Positions 56,761 to 64,000 of a stretch of 64,000 nt of DNA are shown piece after piece. The stretch lies in the NCBI GenBank assembly GCA_037446635.1, contig JBBIIG010000002.1:64001-128000 (forward strand). Reading direction: 5' to 3'. The DNA is from a bacterium. Its GTDB lineage: Bacteria > Zhuqueibacterota > Zhuqueibacteria > Oceanimicrobiales > Oceanimicrobiaceae. A program made the translations under genes and the position numbers. Under the pieces are notes generated by a model. It was not told the origin of the DNA, did not search any database, and was given only the letters and a program-made list of their open reading frames with translations. Position 1 is the stretch's first letter; each line of letters opens with the position of its first letter.

Positions 56761-57798
56761 TTAGTTGAGTTTCCCCTGTTTGAGGATTTTAGTTGCCTGC
56801 TCCGGAGACACGCCGTTGATGGGAAATCCCGAGCCGATATCGAAACTGGTGAAGCCGCGGAAGCGCGGGGTGATTTCAAAGTGCCAGTGGTAATCGCGCT
56901 CGAGGGTTCGCCAATAGCCGCGCAATTTGCCGGTGGCGACGTTGGGGCCGGAGTGCAGCACCATCACGTAATTGGGATTATTGAGGGTGGTGTTGATGCG
57001 CTGCAAAATGTCTTTCAAAATGGCGGCCAGCGCGGCGTGGTCGTTGTTCCATTCAAAAAAAGTTTCGTGCTGCTGCGGCAGCAGCCAAATTTCAAACGGC
57101 GAGCGCGAAGCAAAAGGTGAGATGGCGACAAATTTTTCGTTGGCGGCGATCACGCGCTCATCATCGCTCAACTCCTGGTACAAAATATCGCAAAACAAAC
57201 AGCGCTCTTTATAGCGATAGTGCTCCATCGCGCTCATCAGCTCATATTTGACGCGGGTGGGCGTGATGGGCGTGGCGATGATGTGAGAATAGGAATGTTC
57301 CGCTGTTTCAACCTGGCCTTCGCCATAATTTTTATGAAGCAGGACGTAACGAAAACGCAGGTCGCGCTTCAAATCCAGAAAGCGCTCGCGGTAGGCGGCT
57401 AAGACATCCTGAATCTGCGGCAATTCCATGTCTGGCAGCTGCACGTTGTGATCCGGCGATTCGATAACCAACTCGTGGGCGCCGATGCCGTCAAGGACGT
57501 CGTAAATGCCCACGCCGCGATTGTTCAAATCGCCAAAAATTTGCAGCACCGGTTGGCGCTCCGGTATCACCCGCACCGACCAGCCCGGCTGATCTTTTTG
57601 CGAGCCGTTATGGCGAATCGAAAAAATTTCCGGGGCCGTAGTTCCTTCAAAGGTGCTGCAAAAATTGCAGGGGCCGGCAGTTCTCTTTTCGCCGCTGCGT
57701 TTTCTTATTTGGCGGCTGTCCACCACATCTTTGATGTTGTATTCTTCGAGGATGATCGACCACTGGCCGGTGACCGGATTTCTTCTAAATTGGTTCAT
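56761..57798 (-). CDS. GalT-family (galactose-1-phosphate uridylyltransferase-like) protein with an altered active-site motif
   Basis: RRNPVTGQW, CNFC, GAHELVIESPDH, CLFCDI, YHWHFEITPR; HSYSH in place of HPHxQ. Confidence 0.85.
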   Translation of the reverse strand: MNQFRRNPVTGQWSIILEEYNIKDVVDSRQIRKRSGEKRTAGPCNFCSTFEGTTAPEIFSIRHNGSQKDQPGWSVRVIPERQPVLQIFGDLNNRGVGIYDVLDGIGAHELVIESPDHNVQLPDMELPQIQDVLAAYRERFLDLKRDLRFRYVLLHKNYGEGQVETAEHSYSHIIATPITPTRVKYELMSAMEHYRYKERCLFCDILYQELSDDERVIAANEKFVAISPFASRSPFEIWLLPQQHETFFEWNNDHAALAAILKDILQRINTTLNNPNYVMVLHSGPNVATGKLRGYWRTLERDYHWHFEITPRFRGFTSFDIGSGFPINGVSPEQATKILKQGKLN

Positions 57799-57831
57799 AG
57801 AATTACAGATCTCCTATTAAACGTTCGCGGC

Positions 57832-58995
57832 TTAATCCGCGGGTTCGCGGTTGGCCGGCGGGTACGATGGCGCGGCCATCGCGTCGGCGTTTTCCTCAGC
57901 GTTGTTTTCCGGCTCCTGGCGGGTCAAAAGATTTTCGCCGTCGCGCACTTTGCGCAGTATCAAAAACAGGATGGTGCTGCCGGTGTTGAAAGTGGCGAGC
58001 AAATAGGAAAACACCAGCCCGGCGACGATCAAAGCGTTAATAGCAAAAAAATAGGCGGACACCTGTTCGGTCAGCGGCAGCTCCAGCGCCGCAACCTCTC
58101 TCGAGAAATAAAAATGGCGCGCAAACTCACCAAATAGTTTGTGAACGGCGTTGTCGAGTGGTGCGGTCCAGGAATGCAGGAGGAATTGGCCGTGCGCCGC
58201 CAGCCGTGCAAATTTGTCGCCCATGGAAAATAGGAACAGGAAATTCATCACCAAGAAAGAGGATTTGACGAGAATCGCCATAATCACAAATCCGATGACG
58301 CTGAGGCCGCACACGATGCTTTCATAAAAAACCACTCGCCAGGGCTGGCTCCAAACCGTGGAAAAGCTTTGGAAGATCGCTTCGAAGGCGTCCTCGTTGG
58401 TGGTCGCCAAAATCGCCGGCGTCAGCAAAACCGAAGCGGCGGTCACGATCAAAAAAAAGACCATGAGCAGCGCGGCGATCATCCACATCAAAGCGAAAAA
58501 AGAAATTCCCAATTCGCCTACGTAGGGCGCGCGGCCCAAAAATCCAAACAAGCACGCAGACAGAATAAATACCAGAATGATAATGGCGATCCCCAGCGGG
58601 GTGAGCACGGCAGAGCCGCTTTTGTGCAGCGCGAACACCAGCGCTTCCCGCCAGGTGTAAAAGCTGCGGCCTTTCATCGCCATAAACGTGGCGCGCGACA
58701 CCGCGATGTTGCCCACTAAAAAAAGCACCGTCAGGTAAAAGCACCCGAATCCAAAAACAATTTTGGAGATCAGCGGCGGGTTGACTTGCACGGCAAACAA
58801 ACAGGGGAACAAGCCGAACTCGCTGGCGACCTGCGGGTAGCTGTAGCCGGCCAGCAAAAAACTGGCGACGGTAAAACCATAATACCCCAAATAGCCGCCG
58901 ACCAACGCGATAAATTGCAGCCAAATTCGTTGAATGCTCAACGCGATGCGATTGGAGCGAAATAAATCCTCTGCGTTAAATTTCAGTTCCGTCAT
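57832..58995 (-). CDS. Hypothetical multi-pass membrane protein
   Basis: 387-aa ORF with several TM segments, co-oriented within the run. Confidence 0.75.
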   Translation of the reverse strand: MTELKFNAEDLFRSNRIALSIQRIWLQFIALVGGYLGYYGFTVASFLLAGYSYPQVASEFGLFPCLFAVQVNPPLISKIVFGFGCFYLTVLFLVGNIAVSRATFMAMKGRSFYTWREALVFALHKSGSAVLTPLGIAIIILVFILSACLFGFLGRAPYVGELGISFFALMWMIAALLMVFFLIVTAASVLLTPAILATTNEDAFEAIFQSFSTVWSQPWRVVFYESIVCGLSVIGFVIMAILVKSSFLVMNFLFLFSMGDKFARLAAHGQFLLHSWTAPLDNAVHKLFGEFARHFYFSREVAALELPLTEQVSAYFFAINALIVAGLVFSYLLATFNTGSTILFLILRKVRDGENLLTRQEPENNAEENADAMAAPSYPPANREPAD

Positions 58996-59101
58996 TTGTT
59001 GCCTTTCGCTGATCCGGTTGCTTCAACAAACGAGTGCATTTTAAAGAAAATAAAGAAGTCGGTCAAGAGAAAAGATGGCAGTGGTTATGACAATCTCGCG
59101 C

Positions 59102-60427
59102 CTAACTCTCTCGCAATGCAAGCCGGCCATCTGCCGCCGGCGTCTCCTTTTTAAGCTGCACCCACAAAATGCGATTGCGCTCGATCTTTTCAATAGTAAA
59201 AGTATAGCCATCGTATTTGACGACTTCATTCGCGCTGGGGACGTGGCCGGTCAAACTCAAAATGAAACCGCCGAGGGTTTCAAATTCCCCCTCAGTGGGC
59301 AAATCAAAATTGAGCTTTTCGTTCAATTCGTGCAAATCCATTTTGGCGTCGATCAAAAACGTATTGTCGTCGAGCTTGCGGTAGAGCGGCTGCTCTTCGT
59401 CGTACTCATCTTGAATTTCGCCGACGATTTCCTCGATCACGTCTTCGAGGGTCACCAGCCCCGAGGTGCCGCCGTATTCGTCCACCACAATCGCCATGTG
59501 AGATTTGGTCTGTTGAAAATCCCGCAGCAGATTGTGGAGCTTTTTATTTTCCGGGACGAAATAGGCCGGGCGCGCCAGCTTTTTCAAATCCAACTTTTCC
59601 GGTGGATTTTTAATGACGCTCAACAGATCTTTGACGTGGATGATGCCCAAAATCTGATCGATGTCGCCGCGGTAGAGCGGGAGGCGGCTGTGCTGATTTT
59701 CGCTGATGATTTTGATCAATTGGTCGAGGGTGGCGTTTTCTTCCACGCACACCATGTCGGTGCGCGGCGCCATGATTTCATAAACTTCGGTGTCGCCAAA
59801 CTCGAAGATGGAGTGGATCATGGCGCGCTCGGAGTCTTTGAGATCGGCGATCTCCTCTCCCTCTTCCACGATGGTCGCTATAATTTTTTGGCGATGCAGG
59901 AAATCGCGCTTGTGGGCCACGTCAAAACGGTGGGCGATTTTTCGGAAAATATTGGCGGCGATTTTGGCAAGCGGTCGCGTCAAATTATAGAACATCGTCG
60001 CTGCCCCGGCAAGCGCTTCAGCAAATTCCTGATTGTTGCTCAAGACGATGAGGTTGGCCCAAATCTCGTCAAGAAAAAATAGCAGTAATACGCTCAACCC
60101 AACGCCTGCCAACACACCGTAGCCCCACGCAAGATCATTTTTTGCGGCAACGGCCAGCGACAGAAAAAGAACAACCGTCATCAACAAAACGTTAGCGAGG
60201 AGCAGCACTCCTCTCACGGCCATCAAAAATGAACGCTTGTTGCGAAGCAGGAAGAGGACCCGCGGCGCAGCCTTGGTGCGCTTTTCTGAAAATTCCTTTT
60301 CTTCGATTTCGGAGAAAGACAAAAACGCAGATTGCATCGCAGCGAAAGTCGCAGACAACAGCAAAAACGCGACAAAAGACGCCAGCAGCAAAATCAAATT
60401 CAAATTGGATTCTAAGAGAGCACTCAT
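59102..60427 (-). CDS. CNNM/CBS/CorC (hemolysin-like, GldE-like) protein
   Basis: N-terminal TMs; IMAPRTDM, HSRLPLY, IVVDEYGGTSGLVTLEDVIEEIVGEIQDEYD, ETLGG. Confidence 0.93.
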   Translation of the reverse strand: MSALLESNLNLILLLASFVAFLLLSATFAAMQSAFLSFSEIEEKEFSEKRTKAAPRVLFLLRNKRSFLMAVRGVLLLANVLLMTVVLFLSLAVAAKNDLAWGYGVLAGVGLSVLLLFFLDEIWANLIVLSNNQEFAEALAGAATMFYNLTRPLAKIAANIFRKIAHRFDVAHKRDFLHRQKIIATIVEEGEEIADLKDSERAMIHSIFEFGDTEVYEIMAPRTDMVCVEENATLDQLIKIISENQHSRLPLYRGDIDQILGIIHVKDLLSVIKNPPEKLDLKKLARPAYFVPENKKLHNLLRDFQQTKSHMAIVVDEYGGTSGLVTLEDVIEEIVGEIQDEYDEEQPLYRKLDDNTFLIDAKMDLHELNEKLNFDLPTEGEFETLGGFILSLTGHVPSANEVVKYDGYTFTIEKIERNRILWVQLKKETPAADGRLALRES

Positions 60428-60927
60428 AAGTTATTCGGATTTTCAAAATGGTTGTGCAGCTTTTGCAAGTAGTAATTTTCACGCGCCGTCATTTGCAGTT
60501 TTTCCGAACGGCTGCGATCGTCGTAGCCGAGAAAGTGCAGCACGGCGTGAATGACGACGCGCGCCATTTCTTCGTTGAATGAAACCAAAAATTTTGCGGC
60601 GTTTTCCGCCACCCGATCGAGGCTGATGTAAACTTCGCCCTCGAAATAATCCGCCGCGTCTTCGATGGGAAACGCGAGGACGTCGGTGGGGCGGTCTTGG
60701 TTCAAAAAGGCGCGGTTCAAATGGCGAATGAAATCGTCGTCCGCCAAAATGAATTCTATGCGAGCAGACTTGCCTGCAGAGGTAAGCTTGCCTGCGGGCA
60801 ACGCCCCCTCTTCCCTCCAGACTTGTTGAGCGAGTTGCGCGAGGCGGTTTGAATTGATGGGCGCGGGGTGCCGACGATGAAATTTCACGACGAGCTTAGC
60901 TGGCTTTTTCGGCAATTTTTTTAACAT
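60424..60927 (-). CDS. ybeY: rRNA maturation endoribonuclease YbeY (start approximate)
   Basis: LNRAFL..DRPTDVLAF, GEVYIS, IHAVLHFLGYDD; canonical position after phoH/HD. Confidence 0.9.
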   Translation of the reverse strand: MLKKLPKKPAKLVVKFHRRHPAPINSNRLAQLAQQVWREEGALPAGKLTSAGKSARIEFILADDDFIRHLNRAFLNQDRPTDVLAFPIEDAADYFEGEVYISLDRVAENAAKFLVSFNEEMARVVIHAVLHFLGYDDRSRSEKLQMTARENYYLQKLHNHFENPNNL

Positions 60928-63220
60928 GCTTGCGGAACAATCTTCTCTGTTGATTGGGGTATTCGATGCGCCCGTGGAAAATCCCCGTGAGATTATTGAC
61001 AAAACTTTCCTGGATGACTTTTAAATCGCGCACCGTCAACGGGCAGTCGTCCAGCTCGCCGTCCGCGACCCGTTCCTGAATCAGCGAGCTGATCAGGCTG
61101 CGGATGCGGCTGACGGTGGGGTCTTTGAGGGTGCGCGACACCGCTTCCACGGCGTCGGCCAGCATCACGATGCCGGTCTCTTTGGTCTTCGGTTTCGGCC
61201 CCGGGTAGCGAAAGTCGGATTCGTTGATCTCGGCGCCGTCGTTGTTCTCCAGCGCTTTGTTGTAAAAGAAAACGATGAGGTTGGTGCCGTGGTGCTGGGC
61301 GATGAAATCGCGGATTTCCGGCGGCAGGTTATAGTCTTCCGCCATCTCCAGGCCGCGCTTGACGTGGTTGATCAAAATCAAACAGCTCATGCTGGGGGCG
61401 AGTTTTTCGTGCGGGTTCTTGCCGCCTTTCTGATTTTCGACGAAGTATTCCGGCATCTCCATTTTGCCGATATCGTGGTAGTACGAACCCACCTTCGCCA
61501 GCAGCGCGTTGGCGCCGATGGCTTCCGCGGCGGACTCGGAGAGAATGCCGACCATCACGCTGTGGTGGTAGGTGCCAGGGGCGCGGATGGCCAACTGGCG
61601 CATGGCCGGCTTGTTCAAATCCAGCAATTCCAGCAGGGTGGAATCGGTGGTCTCCTGAAAAACATATTCGAAAATAATCATCAGACCGTAGGCCAGAATG
61701 GGGGACAGGATGCCATTCAAGCTGGCATAAACCATATCCATCCAGTTGAAGAATTCCGGGTTTCGCAAAAATTCCAGTGCGGCGATGGAGAAGAGGTAGG
61801 CGGCCACAATCAGCACGATGCCTTTTAACATCCAGGCGCGAGTGTGAATTTGGCGAACCGATAAGATAGCGATGACGCCAACGAACATCGAGATCAGCAC
61901 AATGCTAAAATCGTTGCCCCGCAAGGCGCCGATCATCAGACTGAGAGAAAAGGTTGAGATGAAGGCGGTGCGAGTGTCGAAAAATATCGTCAGCAGCATC
62001 GAAGCGATGGAAATGGGAATGAGATATTTGTAAGTGGAAAATCCGATTTTGTTGACCAGCGAGGTTAGCACCAGGATGAGCAAAAAAATTAAAAACAGCA
62101 TGAACATTTTTTTGACGTTGTAAAACATACGCCAGCGGGAAACAAAAAGAAAAATCACCGTGAACGAAAGCGAAAGGCCCAAGATCAAAATTCTGCCGAA
62201 ATAGGGCAGCACCATTTTGAGGCCGCCTTGCTGCTGCTCGCGTTCGGCGCGCGCCTGCGCCAACGAATGTAGTTTTTCCAAGATTTCTTTGGTGATGCGC
62301 TCGTGTTTATCGACGATGCGCTCTTTCTCGAGCACCGTGCCTTTTGCGAGCGGCACGTTCGCCACCGCCTCGCTGATGCGCTGCTCGGTCGCGGCTTGAT
62401 CGTAAATTAAGTTCGGCAAAAGAAACGCTGCAATGATGGAGTAACCAACTTTAACCGCGGTTTCGTTATTCGGGTAGAGCCGCCGCAGTTTTTCATCGAG
62501 AAGGACGCGCTCGACGTTATCCTGCCGGTAAAAATTTTTTAAATCATCGATGGTCTCCCGCCCGGACTCGATGATGGAGATTTTGGTGACATATTCCGGG
62601 AGGGCGTCAGTTTTGCGGTTCAGAATTCCCCTGGAATACATGTCCACCAGAATTTGGCGGACGTTGCGCTTGAACGCTTCATAGGAATCGGTTTTTTGAG
62701 CGTCATTGCTGGGCGCACTTCTCGAGCGGCGGCTTGGCGGCTGGGTTTTGGGAGCGGTAAGAATATACGAAAGGTCGGCTTCGTCGAGAAAAATAAGTTG
62801 CGCGGTCATGAAATCGCGCAGCCGGCGCAGCTTGATCGAGTCGGGGGAAATCGAGACGCGAATGCTATCGACATAATGAAAAAAGCGGTCGCATTTTTCC
62901 AGGGCGAGGGTTGCGGTGCTGTCAACGTGGCGAAATACCCAGGGCACTTTTTCGGCGGCGAGCTTCTTGTCGTTATTATATTCTTCCTCGCTTTTGTTGA
63001 TCAGAAACGTGAACGGGGCGATGATCTCGTCGCCAACATAGACGTCCTTTTCTTTCAGATTCGCAAACTGGTAGGTTTGCTGATGCGGGAACATCAAGGT
63101 AGCGATGGCAATGAGGGCAACGCCCATCAGCAATTGCGGCGTGTATCGCCAAAACGGATGCTCAGTCAACAACTGCTTGCCGTTTTGATATAATTTTACA
63201 ATTTTGGATAGATCAACCAA
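60896..63220 (-). CDS. 7TM-HD (HDIG) phosphohydrolase, PgpH-like
   Basis: Extracellular domain plus 7 TM; APGTYHHS, YYHDIGK, YFVENQ, QHHGT, FRYPGPKP, MLADAVEA. Confidence 0.93.
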   Translation of the reverse strand: MVDLSKIVKLYQNGKQLLTEHPFWRYTPQLLMGVALIAIATLMFPHQQTYQFANLKEKDVYVGDEIIAPFTFLINKSEEEYNNDKKLAAEKVPWVFRHVDSTATLALEKCDRFFHYVDSIRVSISPDSIKLRRLRDFMTAQLIFLDEADLSYILTAPKTQPPSRRSRSAPSNDAQKTDSYEAFKRNVRQILVDMYSRGILNRKTDALPEYVTKISIIESGRETIDDLKNFYRQDNVERVLLDEKLRRLYPNNETAVKVGYSIIAAFLLPNLIYDQAATEQRISEAVANVPLAKGTVLEKERIVDKHERITKEILEKLHSLAQARAEREQQQGGLKMVLPYFGRILILGLSLSFTVIFLFVSRWRMFYNVKKMFMLFLIFLLILVLTSLVNKIGFSTYKYLIPISIASMLLTIFFDTRTAFISTFSLSLMIGALRGNDFSIVLISMFVGVIAILSVRQIHTRAWMLKGIVLIVAAYLFSIAALEFLRNPEFFNWMDMVYASLNGILSPILAYGLMIIFEYVFQETTDSTLLELLDLNKPAMRQLAIRAPGTYHHSVMVGILSESAAEAIGANALLAKVGSYYHDIGKMEMPEYFVENQKGGKNPHEKLAPSMSCLILINHVKRGLEMAEDYNLPPEIRDFIAQHHGTNLIVFFYNKALENNDGAEINESDFRYPGPKPKTKETGIVMLADAVEAVSRTLKDPTVSRIRSLISSLIQERVADGELDDCPLTVRDLKVIQESFVNNLTGIFHGRIEYPNQQRRLFRKHVKKIAEKAS

Positions 63221-63225
63221 AGGCG

Positions 63226-63999
63226 TTAATCGGTTTTGTTATTCTTGCTTTCGTAGTCTTCGTAAGCGCGGATGATTTCCTTAACTAAGCGATGTCGCAC
63301 CACGTCGCGGTCGTTCAGAAAAACAAAGTCAATCCCCTCGATGCCGTCCAAAATGGATTGCACTTTAACCAGGCCGGACATCTTCGCTTGCGGCAGATCG
63401 ATCTGCGTCACATCGCCAGTGATGATGGCTTTCGAGTTGATGCCCAGCCGGGTAAGAAACATCTTCATTTGATTGAACGAAGTGTTCTGGGCTTCGTCCA
63501 ATATTACAAACGCATTGTTCAAGGTGCGGCCTCGCATGTAGGCCAGCGGCACGATTTCGATAACCTGAGTTTCCACAAAACGCTTCAGCTTGTCGGGCGG
63601 AATCATCAGGTAGAGCGCGTCATAAAACGGCTTGAGGTAGGGATCAACTTTTTCACGGATGTCGCCGGGGAGAAAACCGAGGCTTTCGCCCGCTTCCACG
63701 GCTGGCCGCGTGAGCACGATGCGGTTCACCGATTTGTCCCGCAGCGCCGCCACCGCAATGGCCACGGCCATAAAAGTTTTGCCGGTACCGGCGGGGCCAA
63801 TCACAAAGACGATGTCGTTCTTCAAAGCCGAACGATAGAAGGCGTTCTGGCCGGGGGTCTTGGGTTTCAGGCAGCCGTCTTTGGTATAAAGAATCACGGA
63901 ATCTTTATTGTTCTCGATGCTGACGGCTGCGGCCGGCCCACCGGTGGCGTCTTCGGAATTCAGGTTGTCAAAAACAATTTCGAGGTCGTTTTCCGTGAC
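63226..63999 (-). CDS. phoH: PhoH-family ATPase, 5' end outside window
   Basis: [34 protein letters not shown]; the frame stays open to the window edge. Confidence 0.95.
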   Translation of the reverse strand, partial: VTENDLEIVFDNLNSEDATGGPAAAVSIENNKDSVILYTKDGCLKPKTPGQNAFYRSALKNDIVFVIGPAGTGKTFMAVAIAVAALRDKSVNRIVLTRPAVEAGESLGFLPGDIREKVDPYLKPFYDALYLMIPPDKLKRFVETQVIEIVPLAYMRGRTLNNAFVILDEAQNTSFNQMKMFLTRLGINSKAIITGDVTQIDLPQAKMSGLVKVQSILDGIEGIDFVFLNDRDVVRHRLVKEIIRAYEDYESKNNKTD

Positions 64000-64000
64000 C

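Noticed and set aside
20342..60082. Long opposite-strand ORFs (20342-21352, 29637-30665, 34642-35676, 43520-44365, 55519-56727, 59075-60082, etc.)
   Set aside because: They overlap well-supported genes and carry no motifs; typical codon-bias shadows.
60520..60550. YbeY GYDD instead of GYDH as inactivation
   Set aside because: To my knowledge this variant is common in FCB-group YbeY proteins.

Overview
A 64-kb bacterial chromosomal segment. The gene content (TonB-dependent receptor, DUF5777-like barrel, AmgK-RapZ fusion, dimeric GlyRS, YbeY with GYDD) suggests an FCB-group diderm, possibly KSB1/Calditrichota-like; this is inference only. From left to right it holds: an RND efflux pair, a ZIP transporter and an Oar-like TonB-dependent receptor; an accessory patch of TA modules, a nucleotidyltransferase pair and an orphan DNA methyltransferase; a ~17.7-kb redox/signalling locus (16791-34501); carbamoyltransferase-sxtJ-like-lnt-mutM; a sulfate ABC operon behind a decayed OprO/P porin; Doc TA, a GAF-PP2C phosphatase, SppA, oligopeptidase B and a B12 radical SAM enzyme; and the end of a phoH-7TM/HD-ybeY-corC-like-glyQS housekeeping run. 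The main candidate for an undescribed system is the redox locus. It encodes two different decaheme cytochromes, a c554-like cytochrome, two CX4CH cytochrome domains, two outer-membrane barrels, a tandem GlcG/HbpS lipoprotein, a fused 2xcNMP-4x[4Fe-4S]-membrane cytochrome-b-like protein, a Hanks Ser/Thr kinase and a divergent double-FHA protein. Three sigma-54 (-24/-12) motifs tie these units together. A second theme is a dense population of short palindromic (REP-like) elements. These nest inside one another and sit in-frame inside coding sequences, including the signal-peptide leaders of the cytochromes. No rRNA, tRNA, CRISPR array or transposase was recognised. All family assignments come from motif recognition by eye, not database searches.
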